From Takakia lepidozioides (lineage: Eukaryota > Plantae > Bryophyta), in the NCBI GenBank assembly GCA_030704615.1, contig CM060731.1, positions 6,634,001 to 6,698,000 of the forward strand: DNA of 64,000 nt, written 5' to 3'. The position numbers and the translations under genes are program-made. The notes beneath the pieces are model-generated. The model was not told the origin of the DNA, did no database searches, and saw only the letters and a program-made list of their open reading frames with translations. This document shows, in pieces, positions 24,477 to 37,100 of this stretch; position 1 is the first letter of the stretch, and each line of letters begins with the position of its first letter.

Positions 24477-27400
24477 TCAATGATTTCTGGAATCCCTAAG
24501 AAGGAGTTTGTGCAGCTCGTTCACGCTCAACGCCGGTGCATGAATAAAGTCATCAATAGTCACGTTCATCCTCAACCTCTTGAGGTAAATGTAATACAGA
24601 TGCTTGCACGGATAATACTTCGAACCCTTCTTTGCTTCCATCAACGAGAAGTCCGTACAGTTGCAAGTCGGCTCCACTCCAATCGTAATTGTGTATACAT
24701 CGTCGCGTACAGCCGAGCCGGCCGTTGCCATCCGATACACACGCCCAAGGCCGGGTGGGGGTACGTCCACGGAGCTCTGAATAGTGCAAGCCATCCCAAG
24801 AGCATTGGCAATCCGAGTCTCATTCAACTTGTTGGGAGGGTGTCGTCTCTTCACTCTTCCGAATCGCATTGTGGGATGTGCAGAATTGTCCAATCCGTCT
24901 CTACTGGACCGAGCAGTATGCAATGGCTGGGTCTGAGGAACCGGAAATGCGTGGGCCGGGATGTCTGTGCGTTGCACCATTCGAAATCCTGCTGCAGATA
25001 GAGCATCCGCCTCATTCTGAGAGAGGCTGCAACCCGGTGCAACAGGCCAGACGCCCGGAGGCTCCGGCATTCCCTGAATCCCGTACTTGGGCTTGCCAAA
25101 TACACAGGTCATTATGTCGTGCCTACAGAACCAAAATGTCTGCGTTGTGGCGTGAGCAAATGTGGGAGTCAAAAATCTGTCGCTGAAACAAGGTGCAGGT
25201 ACAGCACCGTGTGGGTTCCTCCGAATCATCTCACCACAGCGTGCTCTCGTATCCACCCGGATGGCGCAACACTTCCCTCGAAATGCCGGCAATGTCCTCG
25301 CAATTCTCCACTGTGACTCCGACACTCTTGTCTCCACAATGGGAATGTTGTATTGCTTTACTACAGATGGCTCGTTATGTTGCCGGGGCACGCGCCCTGT
25401 GCTCAAAGGAGATGGCGATCTTGAACGTGCAGGACTTCCGGTGCTCGACGAGACCTCCTCGGACAACATCACCGGACCACGAGGGAGCGTGCGAATATTC
25501 TTGTCAGCTCGCCATGAATCCTCTTCTCCGCCAGGTGCCTCGTCAAGTCTTCGTCTCACTGGACGGGTATGAACATCTCCTTCCAAATGTTGGCCTCTTC
25601 GCAGCAATGGCGTGTCCCGAAGGCCCTCTCGCAAGGCCGCCGCCCACTTCCGAGGATTCTTCGATCTGGAGGCAGTCCGCATCAGCATTTCCTGCCTGTC
25701 CGGCCCCAAGCCCACTGTTTCCCTTTCAAGAACTCGTTGTACCTGCATTGCTGCATAATTGACCTCACAATGTCCTCCGTTGTGGCAGTGAGGATGTCCA
25801 CCAGATGCGCCGCAGAGGAGGCACGCCAGGAAGAGTGCACTGATTCGGCCATGTTTGTCGTGGGCATGTCGGTGTCGGAGTCGAGACACATTTCCTGCAC
25901 AAGCACATGTTGAGGTTACAAGCAAGTTACAAATATGGCCAAGAATAATATCCAACGGGACGCGAATTCGTGCAACTCACCTCCCGCATATAGTCGCCGA
26001 ACTGGAGGAAACGATAATGCCACCATGCTAGCCAACTGACCATTGCTCCTTCGTCTGATTTCCTTACAGCACCTGACGATGTCCACCAAGCCCGTATGCA
26101 TGCAAACTGTGTCTCTGCATCATCCAAGGTGGGAGCGCGCTTCCACGCAAGGCACATGGAACGGTGCTCCTCTCTGAAATCTGGCGCCACGAGCCTGGTT
26201 GTGTACTGCGAAAGGCTCTGCAGAAAGTGGAACCCACAAGATCTCTCCTTGCCTTCCATGGGAACATTGGGGTCTTGCCCGTACACCCTTCGGATGGCAG
26301 CCCAATTTGCTTGTGCGTTGTCCGCCATGAAACCACGGAAATTGGGAGGGGGCAATCCCGCCTTGGCCATCTGTTCGTTTATTCCCTGCCAAAGAAGCAT
26401 CTCCGATTGTGTGTCCTCTCCTTTCATCTCACAAATAGCAATTGTCATTAGCATCCTGCAGTGGGTGTCGTAGACATGTGCACCCATTGTCACCCACTGG
26501 TGATTTGTAATTCGCTTGATATGGTCGAACATGACCCAACTGTTTGACAAGTTCCCACTCGTCATCCTGTCGACCAGTTCGACGCCACTGCCAGGTCCAC
26601 ACGTGGACATTTTGAATACGAAACAACGATCTGCCTCAGTCCCTTGTCCTGGAAACCTACTTCCATGAATGTAGTCATATCCACATCGTCGCTTCACCTC
26701 CAGAATGGAGTGCATATCCGAGCCACGCCCAATTTTCTGTTTGCAAGAGACAATGTGGTTTCGGACATTCGGTGAACATACGTGGGACACCGACTCGAGC
26801 AATGCCTCCATTTCCTTCTCGTCGAGAGGAACTCTATCCGAGCCGTCTTCCGACATAATTCTGGCCAATGCCATCTTATGGGCGGCTTGGAGCTGTATCT
26901 GTTTGGGTTTGGCACCCGGTCTCAACTTAACCTCCTCCTGAACGAGCTGCTCTGCTTCGTGGGCAGCCTCCCGCGAGTTCCCCCTCGCCAATTTGTGACA
27001 ATGGGAACCAACGTGTATGCAAGCTCGGGTGAGGTCAGGGAAACGGTGCAACACATAGAACTGCTTGGCATTACAAACAGACATGCAGTGTGGTGGTTCT
27101 TTGCAATGCGCACACTTAAATGTGGAGTTCGGAACCTTCTCCTGAGCTCGAAATGGTTGGTGAGCTGTGCCTGTCCAATCGGTCTCGTTCCTGTGACCTC
27201 TGGATTTAAAGTGGAAGCAAGTTGGGGAGAAACACCGCAACGCGCCCGCACAAACAACGTAGCGCACCCGCACACCATCAAGCATCTTCATGCTGGTGGT
27301 TTTGGTAACGCACCAAGGATGACCGTCATGTTTTCTATCCATATCTGTCAACATTCCGGACGCCCTCGAGTAGTCCGCCCGAGGAGGGAACTCAAAGAAG

Positions 27401-28068
27401 ACATTACCGTCGACGTCGGCGGGAAGGCATGTAACCGATTTAATTGCGAACTTGCTGTAGTCCAGCCCGGCCAGCTCCGACCGGTGTCCCTCCAGGTGAA
27501 GCCCTCGCAGAATTTCTAGAATAGATCGAACTGCGGTGCTCGTGCTGGGAATATGACTCCCTCCTCCACTGACGTCCATTGAGGACTTGCCTGATCTCCA
27601 GGACGACCTCGGAACTTCCATGACCTCGTCTGAGTCGGACAGGTTGTGAACAACCCGGTTCTCGGTCGTCTTCATGGATGGGTTCGGCTCTGGATTTACT
27701 TCGTTGCGGACTTCTCTCTTTGAGGTACCCACTCTCTGATTCGCGGATTGTTTCGTGGAAGGCGCCAGGATAGACGGTGCATTTGGCGGGCAAATGAAGT
27801 CCCCAACAGCCCTGTATATGACGCTGTCCGATGGTGGAACTCGCCATTCCCTGCCATCGCCGAAATCATCGTGGAGCACAACAATACTCTCGACAACAAG
27901 GCCGTTTGAGTCCTTCCTTTCCTCCTCCAAAAAAACCGACCCCGGTTTCAGGTGGTATCGAACGCACAGATATTTCTCCATCACCCGGCAGGTGTCCCCT
28001 CTGCACGGAAATGAAGCTCTATGCTCGTGAGGAGGGCAGTACACTGTAGCGCTCGGGTTTTCCGCCAT
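24477..28068 (-). CDS. Mutator-family DDE transposase with GCM-like N-terminal region and C-terminal SWIM finger; exons 28068-25981 and 25894-24477; one apparent 1-nt frameshift near 25720
   Basis: HDGHPW..TTS..RYVVCAGALRC..C (GCM-like); WVMFDHIKR, FMADNAQANWAAIRRVY, CGFHFLQS (MULE D, D, CxxH); PTTNMAESVH (E motif); CNCTDF..YPCKHLYYIY (SWIM). Confidence 0.85.
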
Positions 28069-28369
28069 GGGAGATGTGCACACAAGACTGCCAGGATGGC
28101 GTGCGGGGAAGCTCCCTGGTAGAAGGGGGTGCAGCGATGGGAATGAATGCGATGCCGATTTGTCCGAGCGACGAAGCCTGATCCAAATCCAGGGAGCCAA
28201 CTATCTCAAAAATCCACAGTCAGAGTGTTAATGAACCTTGTCTCCGGAATGCGGCCCCTCGTCTTTGCGCAATAACTGCCAACGGTATGCAGTCAGAAAG
28301 TGGGGGGCCGTCCGGATGATGACGGCTGAAGGGGATAAGCCGGCACCGTGCCGTCACATTACTACCCCC

Positions 28370-29018
28370 GAATGGAAATTCGGCACCCAACATCCAACAG
28401 AGGAAGCCCGGATGAAGTCGCCTCGGGCGCAGAGGCCGGAGTGTGTGCGACAGATAACATCTTCTGGATGGAGATTCGGCGCCGAATTTCCATCCGGTCC
28501 CCCCAAAGGGAGTCGTGTCGGGGGGTCAGGCCGAAAACTGGACGGCATAAAAACATCCCCAGATGGAAAAACGGCGCCGAATTTCCATCCGGGGCGATTC
28601 GGATGCAGTCGGGGAGGGGGGAGTGGCCTGCAGTTGGCTGTCACATTTCAACCCCGGACGGAAATTCGGCAACGAATATCGAACAGGGGACGCCCGGATG
28701 AAGTCGCCTGGGGCACAGAGGCCGGCCAGTGTGCGACAGAGAACATCCCCTGGACGGCCATTCGGCGCCGAATTTCCATCCGGGCCCCCCCAAAGGAAGT
28801 GTTGTCGGCGTGTCAGAGCGAAAACTGGCCGACATAAAAACCTCCACAGATGAGAAAACGGCGCCGAATTTCAATTCGGGGCCGTTCCAATGAAGTCGGG
28901 GAGGGGGGAGAGGTCGGAACCTGGCAGTCATATTTCAACCCCCGGGACGGAAATTCGGCACCGAATATCCAACAGAGCGGCGGAGAGGCGGCACCTCTCC
29001 GACAGAGACCATCCCCCG
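28370..29018. repeat. Degenerate ~290-bp repeats each carrying several TTCGGCGCCGAATTTCC palindromes
   Basis: GCCCGGATGAAGTCGCC...TGTGCGACAGA...GGCGCCGAATTTCCATCCGG blocks at ~28406 and ~28692. Confidence 0.75.
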
Positions 29019-29940
29019 GATGGAGATTCGGCGCCGAATTTCCATCCAGCAGGTAAGTGGAATCTCGGATGGATGGAGATTCGGCGCCGAATTTCCATCC
29101 AGCAGGTAAGTCGGATCGGTGCCATATGGATATTCGGCGCCGAATTTCCATCCTGCAGGTAATTCGAATCGTGGATGCATGGAAATTCGGCGCCGAATTT
29201 CCATCCAGCAGGTAAGTCGGATCGGTGCCATATGGATATTCGGCGCCGAATTTCCATCCTGCAGGTAATCGGATCGGTGCCATATGGATATTCGGCGCCG
29301 AATTTCCATCCTGCAGGTAAGTTCGAATCGTGGATGAATGGAATTCGGCGCCGAATTTCCATCCAGCAGGTAAGTCGGAATCGGTGCCATATGGATATTC
29401 GGCGCCGAATTTCCATCCTGCAGGTAAGAATCGTGGATGAATGGAAATTCGGCGCCGAATTTCCATCCAGCAGGTAAGTCGGATCGGTGCCATATGGATA
29501 TTCGGCGCCGAATTTCCATCCTGCAGGTAATTCGAATCGTGGATGATGGAAATTCGGCGCCGAATTTCCATCCAGCAGGTAAGTCGGATCGGTGCCATAA
29601 TGGATATTCGGCGCCGAATTTCCATCCTGCAGGTAATTCGAATCGTGGATGAATGGAAATTCGGCGCCGAATTTCCATCCAGCAGGTAAGTCGGAATCGG
29701 TGCCATATGGATATTCGGCGCCGAATTTCCATCCTGCAGGTAATTCGAATCGGTGATGAATGGAAATTCGGCGCCGAATTTCCATCCAGCAGGTAAGTCG
29801 ATCGGTGCCATATGGATATTCGGCGCCGAATTTCCATCCTGCAGGTAATTCGAATCGGATGAATGGAAATTCGGCGCCGAATTTCCATCCAGCAGGTAAG
29901 TCGGATCAGTGCCGTATGGATATTCGGCGCCGGATTTCCA
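29019..29940. repeat. Tandem array of ~18 palindromes (A/T)ATTCGGCGCCGAATT at ~50-bp spacing, with two alternating spacer types (~105-bp dimer)
   Basis: GGAAATTCGGCGCCGAATTTCCATCCAGCAGGTAAGTCGGATCGGTGCCATAT alternates with GGATATTCGGCGCCGAATTTCCATCCTGCAGGTAATTCGAATCGTGGATGAAT. Confidence 0.95.
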
Positions 29941-30322
29941 CTCGCCATTTATTTCTGAGCGAGGAATTACCTTCGTGCAGGTAATTCCCATATAAGAATT
30001 ACCTTCGTGCAGGTAATTCGCATACAAGAATTACCTTTGTGCAGGTAATTTCCAGATGACAATTACCTTCCTGCAGGTAATTCCAATCGATGTTTATTCC
30101 TCGTCCAGAATTACCTGCACAAAGGTAATTCTTATCTGGAAATTACCTGCATGAAGGTAATTCTTGTATGTGAATTACCTGCACGAAGGTAATTCTTATA
30201 TGGGAATTACCTGCACGGAGGTAATTCCTCGCTCAGAAATAAATGGCGAATCGAAATTCGGCGCCGAATATCCATATGGCACTGATCCGACTTACCTGCA
30301 GGATGGAAATTCGGCGCCGAAT
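29865..30322. repeat. Long inverted repeat (arms ~29865-30082 and ~30108-30322, ~25-bp loop) containing 8 copies of a second spaced palindrome AATTACCT-N6-AGGTAATT
   Basis: Arms are reverse complements, e.g. TCGCCATTTATTTCTGAGCGAGGAATTACC vs GGTAATTCCTCGCTCAGAAATAAATGGCGA. Confidence 0.92.
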
Positions 30323-30812
30323 TACCTGCTTGAAGGAAATTTGGCGAACCGCCCTACCTTCGCGGATGGAAATTCGGCGCCGGATTTCCATCCGCGCGCA
30401 TCCGAATTACCTGCTTGAAGGAAATTTGGCGCACCGCCATCCTACGCGGATGGAAATTCGGCGCGGATTTCCATCCGCGCGCATCCGAATTACCTGCGCG
30501 GATGGAAATTCGGCGCCGGATTTCCATCCGCGCGCATCCGAATTACCTGCTTGAAGGAAATTTGGCGCACCGCCATCCTACGCGGATGGAAATTCGGCGC
30601 CGGATTTCCATCCGCGCGCATCCGAATTACCTGCGCGGATGGAAATTCGGCGCCGGATTTCCATCCGCGCGCATCCGAATTACCTGCTTGAAGGAAATTT
30701 GGCGCACCGCCCTACCTGCGCGGATGGAAATTCGGCGCCGGATTTCCATCCGGGCGCATCCGAATTACCTGCGCGGATGGAAATTCGGCGCCGGATTCCG
30801 AATTACCTGCGT
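30300..30812. repeat. Tandem array (~52/85-bp units) of GGATGGAAATTCGGCGCCGGATTTCCATCC palindromes upstream of the ParB-MTase gene
   Basis: Motif recurs ~8 times with GCATCCGAATTACCTGC linkers, oriented opposite to the 29019-29940 array. Confidence 0.9.
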
Positions 30813-31136
30813 GAGGGAAATTCCGGGACTGTTTTCGTCTATTTTCTTCCGACATGGAGGGCTTCATCCGACATTTAATTGCGCAGTTGGGCAATAAATG
30901 TCGACGGCCGTCGCTTATTATTCGGGCTGGCGACGCATGGCTTCCTGGACACGTACCCTAAATCTCATGCTATACTTGGCTTAACATGGTATTCCAGGCA
31001 TGTACCCCAAAAAAGGAGATCTTTTTGGCTGGGACTTATGCCGCCTGAAGGGCGTGGCTCTCCTGAGAGAGACCTCAGATCCAGACCGCGGCGGAAGTTG
31101 AAAGCTCTGTACTACGGACGACGGCCAATCTCTCGC

Positions 31137-34100
31137 ATGGCCAAACTGAAGCTCCAGCAGGAGATTCCAGTGTCTTGCTCACAACCTGCGCCAACTGAAG
31201 CCGAGTACTCTCAGGCAAGCCACTTCTGCTTTCGGTTTGTTCGATTTCTTTTTTGCTTTCGCTTCGTTACCTCGCTTTGTTTCTGCATCTTCATCCTGGC
31301 TTTGCTTTATGAGTGAACTTTAGATAGTTGACTGAACCTTAGATTGTTTGCAATGCGTGTGCAAATCCGGCAGCTCTGGAGAAGGCTGCTTGTGCATGTC
31401 ATTCTTAGGCAATGGTTGCATTTGTTTTCATTGTTGTTGCATGGCTCTCCATACTTCCTAAACTTGTTATGTTTTCATTTTTGCTACATGATTGCTGCTA
31501 TGGTGGTTGCGCTGCTGCTTTTTGCACCACTGTTGGTGTTCACGATTTTTGTCAATCACAGAGTGACGACGAGCCCGGCACGCTGGTGGTATCATCGACA
31601 GCTCCAACTCATCGCATGTTTGAATCGCCCAACTTGGGGCGAGAGGGCAAACTTAAATCTTTTGTTGGTGGACGGGAGGACTTGCAACGAGATTACGATA
31701 GAGTAGGCATTGGGGAGGTTGGTGCAGGCGGCATGGCAGGTGAAGGGCGTGAGGACATGAGGACAGCAGATCCGGCAATGGAGGTTGTTCATGCACATGC
31801 AGTAGGGCCCGCCCACGCAAAGAAAAAGAAGAAAGCTAAGCACATGCAATCCCCGGCGAGAGAGCAGTCACGGGCTGCGGAGGGGGGAGTGAGCAGTGCG
31901 CGCGAGGGTGTCAGTTCGCCTCAATCAAAGGTGGTCGTCCTGGAGGGCTCCCCTGTTGCTAGCCCTAGTAAGAAACAGAAAGCCCGTGAGAGGGCAAAAG
32001 AGAGGGCAAAAGAACAGACGAGACAGAATGCTAGCAAGGAGGAAAGACAAAAGGCAGCTGAAGAGGCCCGGGGTGCCCAAATGACAGATGCCAATGTAAG
32101 CGAGGGACACACAGAGACGGTGGATCCCTACAAGACACCACAGAGAGGCAGTAGCACACCGGTTAGACCATCGCGGGCAAGTGCAGCCCCCGCAATTACC
32201 CATACGGTGGAGAGTGGAGGAGAGGAAAGAACACCTGAAAGAGCACCGATTGTGCAAGTTCGAGGTGAAGCCAGGGAGAGGGCAGTAGAGACGACGAGAG
32301 TGCTGGAGGTGGTTTCGCAGGTGGCTGACCCTGTTGAGGAGGACGACATGGATGTTTCTGACCAGGATGACATTCTCCCGGACATCCCCAGGCCCCAAAC
32401 CCGGAGCATACAGGCTGGATTTGGCGGTCTTGGTGGGCTGCCGGAAAACCCCTCTGCAGCAGACGTCATGTCTGAGGCGGATATGAAGTTGGCCGCTGCC
32501 AAGATGTTGGAGGCAACCCACAGCAACATTGGCAGGGTGCTGGGGGGCATGGTGTACCCGGCCAAGCTTCGAATTCCCCTTTGCCGCTTGGTGTCATTGC
32601 AGGTGGTGAGACCTGCCCTCCCAGGCGATATCGACAAGCTGAAATTCTCTTTCCGGGATGGATATCGAATGGGGTCTGCCGCCTTTTACGTTTCCATTGA
32701 GAACGACCACGGAGCTTCCCGTGCCCACACTTCCGATGAGGTGGACAAATGGGGTCCCCATTGGCAAACGCGAAATGAGGAGTTCGAGAGATCGATTGCT
32801 AGTGATCCTCTTTTCCAGCACATGTCCGGTAAGATGTTCTACGTGTGGGACGGCAATCATCGCCTCCTGGCATGGATGGAGCACATTGCCCAAGCCCACC
32901 CCAACGATCTCGATTGGCATTTCGCCGTCGATTGTGTTGTGCTGAAGGTTGCGGGGCCCAAAGATCGCAGTCTTCTCAAAGCTGCAATGGCCGACATCAA
33001 CTCGTAAGCTACAACCCCTCTCGCTTTTGGACTTTGAATTTGGAAGTCATTTCATTGCGAATCCTCATATATGATGAAAATTCCCATTTCAGTATTGTTT
33101 GATGGAAATGTGGCACTGCAGGGTGACTGAGAATGCCTTCATTGCCACCAACTTGTCCCATATGCTCTTCCGAGTGAAGGATGTCGGGAGGCAGGGGGTG
33201 GAAGAGTTTGCCAATTCCCTCAGTGCCGACCTCCTGCGCAAGTCGGAGGCAAAGGCAGACAGAACCTGGTATAGGCTGAGCGTCGACGCCATGGTGGACT
33301 ACATATTTCGGGTAAAGCTCCTGCAGTTTTGTTGAGCTAATTTGTCTCTCCTCCCCCAATAGAAGAAATTGTGTTGAGCAGGATCTCTAATCTTATGTGC
33401 TGCTTTTCGACAGACGAAAATACAGCAGGATTTGGCACATGCGCGGAGGTTCTACATGGAGTCAGAGGAGAAGAATCCAACCCTCCCGGAACTCGAATCG
33501 TATGTCAAAGCTGCGGAGGTGAGGGCCCGCATAAAGTACAAGTCGCGGATGGTAAAGTACGTGGCCATAGCTGATCCCGCCCTTGGTGCCGACTTTCTGG
33601 TGGAGGTGGGAAAGCACTACTCTCGCGCTCTGAAGCCCACGATGACATTGGAGAAGCTCCATCGTCTAGCCACATCCTGTGTGGATGCAACAGAAAAGGT
33701 GATACATTCTTAACCAAATTGTGGTGGCAACAACTCCTTTTTGTGGTGTTTGGCGCTTACGAATATGCTGGGTGGTTGGACAGACCCGGTGGCTCCAAAT
33801 CTGGAATGGTTCCCAAAGTACCAGGGACATGTGGAGCTTCCCCAAACCGGACAAACTCTCTGACCCCACATTCGACATGTGGATGAACCGCATGACATGG
33901 TGGTTTCAGGTACTTCCCCACGCTTCGTTTGGGGCTTGTACTCTAGTAGGGGGTTGATTCATTGTATTTTTTGAGGAAAGCGATCTGATGGACAATCTCC
34001 ACAGGTGACGACGAATGCGCAAGAGCAGCTGGACACACAAGCACATCAGTTCAAGATGGAGATATCTCCTGCAGCAGAGAGCCTGCGTGACTATGTGACG

Positions 34101-37100
34101 AGGTACTTTCTGCTCTACAAAACCAACCTATTCTTTCGGGAGATAGCAGATGCTCGCCGGAGCCACGAGTTCACCGACCAGCCGAACGCGGACAAAGCAG
34201 CAATGCGCCTTCTGTACAGGTACATACGCGCTGCCTTTCTTTCAAGTCCTGGCATTTCAGGATGTTAGAGGCCTAAGTGGTGTTAGGGAAAATGGCGCCG
34301 AATTTCCAGTCAGGGCTCCGAAAATGGCAAAGTCCCTAGACTGGCTGGCCCGGAACTGGAAATTCGGCGCCATTTTCCAGTTCCAGGCCCTATTGCCGTT
34401 CAGGGACTTAGCCATTTTCGGGCTAAGTCCCTAGTGTGGCTGGCCCGGAACTGGAAATTCGGCGCCGTTTTCCAGTTCTAGGCCCTATTGCCGTCCAGGG
34501 ACTTAGCCATTTTCGGGCTAAGTCCCTAGACTGGCTGGCCATGAAGTGGAAATTCGGCGCCATATTCCAGTTCCAGGCCCTATTGCCGTCCAGGGACTTA
34601 GCCATTTTCGGTCTAAGTCCCTAGGGTGGCTGGCCCGGAACTGGAAATTCGGCGCCGTATTCCAGTTCTAGGCCCTATTGCCGTCCAGGGACTTAGCCAT
34701 TTTCCGGCTAAGTCCCTAGACTGGCTGGCCCTGAAGTGGAAATTCGGCGCCATATTCCAGTTCCAGGCCCTATTGCCGTCCAGGGACTTAGCCATTTTAG
34801 GTCTAAGTCCCTAGGGTGGCTGGCCCGGAACTGGAAATTCGGCGCCGTATTCCAGTTCTAGGCCCTATTGCCGTCCAGGGACTTAGCCATTTTCGGGCCA
34901 AGTCCCTAGACTGGCTGGCCCTGAAGTGGAAATTCGGCGCCATATTCCAGTTCCAGGCCCTATTGCCGTCCAGGGACTTAGCCATTTTCGGTCTAAGTCC
35001 CTAGGGTGGCTGGCCCGGAACTGGAAATTCGGCGCCGTATTCCAGTTCTAGGCCCTATTGCCGTCCAGGGACTTAGCCATTTTTTGTGTAAGTCCCTAGG
35101 GTGGCTGGCCCGGAAGTGGAAATTCGGCGCCGTTTTCCAGTTCCAGGCCGTATTGCCGTCCAGGGACTTAGCCATTTTCGGGCTAAGTCCCTACACTGGG
35201 TGGCCCTGAAGTGGAAATTCGGCGCCATATTCCAGTTGTAGGCCCTATTGCCGTTCAGGGAGTTAGCCATTTTCGGACCTCATTGGGTTTTTCATGAATG
35301 CAGGTACTGTAAGTTCTCGCTTTTGGAGAAAGGTCATCTGTCTTTCGAGCCACCATTCTTCCTGGCATGGAGGAACCCTGGGGCTGACTCCATGTACACT
35401 GACGATATTGTGAAGGAGTGGCATCTGGAACATTTGCGTGATTGCCCTTGGTATGTGGACCTTCCGCCCGGCTCGCTCGACCCATCCGAGTTTCAATTGA
35501 AGCTGGATGCTGAATTCCGACGAAACCGGGCTCCGCTGCCTCCGTTGGGTGCAAAAGAGGCAAAAGCGCTTGCGAACTCCAGGAAAGCGGCAGAGCTTGC
35601 TCAGGCAGGAATTCAAGAGAAATTGCATGAGAAGAGTAAAGGTCAAAGGAAAAGGACAAGGAAACAGGTGACTGCAGTAACACCCAAAAAGAAGAAAACC
35701 ATCGGGGCATCGGAGGAGGCGCAGGAGGGGACCCAAGAGAGTGACTCCGACGCCGATTTTGTTCAAGGTCCTGCGACTGCTGTTGCTCCTACCCAGTCAC
35801 CGGTCGTCCGGGTTCCCAAGTCAGTTCGGAGTGGGACTGGCTCTGCCAAGAAGTTGGCATTTGAGGGCGAGCCTACACGGCGGTATTCGGCGGTGACGTT
35901 TACGCACAGGCCAAAGCTAGAACCTCCAACCATCATCCAATGCGTCAATGAGAGCTTCCTTGACGCTCTCGCTGCCAGGGCGAAGAAGGTGGCACACAAC
36001 AAGTCTCTGGCGGAGCAGAAGGGAAAAGCCAAGAAGAGGGCTGCCGGTACAGAGCCTAAAGACACCCCTGGTTTTGAAGCCATGATGGAATTCTTCACGG
36101 CTGTGAGCACGAATTGCAAGAGCACTCGGGGGGGGGTTGAGGTGGAGAGAGCTTGCGACATGATTCTCCTCGACATTCCAGATGGGGAGCTGCTGGAGGG
36201 CCTGGATGGTGTGCCCACCTGGAACAGGTTTACTGAGGACTACTGGAAAGCCGGGTTTGGGCTGGCGGGGATGCTTCTGGATGACGGTGGATGTGTGGTT
36301 GTCCTTGCCACGAGAGGGAAGACCACAGAGAATGCGGTGGCAAGGTGGACACCGAAAAGTGTCACCCCGGTCCTCCTCAGAAAATGGTTCTGCATCAGTA
36401 CGCAGGGGTTGCGAACAGAGGGCCAAAGTGTAAGTTATCAATCTATTGCATTCACTTCATATTGTGGTGTATGTTAAGTAGACCCTGGAATTGATCCCTT
36501 CTTTGTTGGATGTGCAGACATTGGTGTTTGAGGCATATTGCTTTGTGAAGAGAGGGTCTACGTTCAAATTCCGCAACGACGGTCGTCTTGTTGATGCCGC
36601 TGTGGACCCTGTAACCTACGATGTCCTCTACAACTATGTGCCCCACTCTAGTATGCCGAAGGACACAAAGACAGGCAAACCGTGGCGGTACAGCCGGACC
36701 CGAAGCCCTGCTTTCATCCAAACCCTCATGGAGACGTGCTCGGATGTCCAAGGGCGGATTCTGGACCTCACATGCGGCACGGGTAAGCCTTCACGTGCTC
36801 AGTTTGTCCCCTGGCCCCATTGCAATTGCATGCCGCAAGCTATTAACCGCCCGCTTTGTTCCTCAGGTGCTTCAATGTGGGCAGGGACGTTGTCCGACAG
36901 GCATGTGTTCGCCTTCGAGCCAGATACTGCCCTCCACAACTCGGAACTTGCAGCGGCTGAACGTCTGCCGAAAGAGGAAGAGGCATCCTCGGAGGATGAG
37001 GAAAAATCCGAGAAGGAGCAGGGGGAGGAAGTTGGGATCGAGGCCGAGGAGCCCCCGGTTTACGAGTGAGTGGTGGCATTGTAAGTTGCCTCCAGATTTT

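Noticed and set aside
29019-29940. CRISPR-like look of regularly spaced palindromic repeats
   Set aside because: Spacers are not unique (two alternating types), there are no cas genes, and the context is a eukaryotic transposon.
28238-30897. Long repetitive ORFs (MEIRRRIS / WKFGAEF / GNSAPNF, up to 404 aa)
   Set aside because: They are translations of the palindromic arrays, open in several frames on both strands, with indels switching frames.
34423-35270. Series of near-identical 60-67 aa ORFs
   Set aside because: Artefacts of the 190-bp repeat inside a predicted intron.
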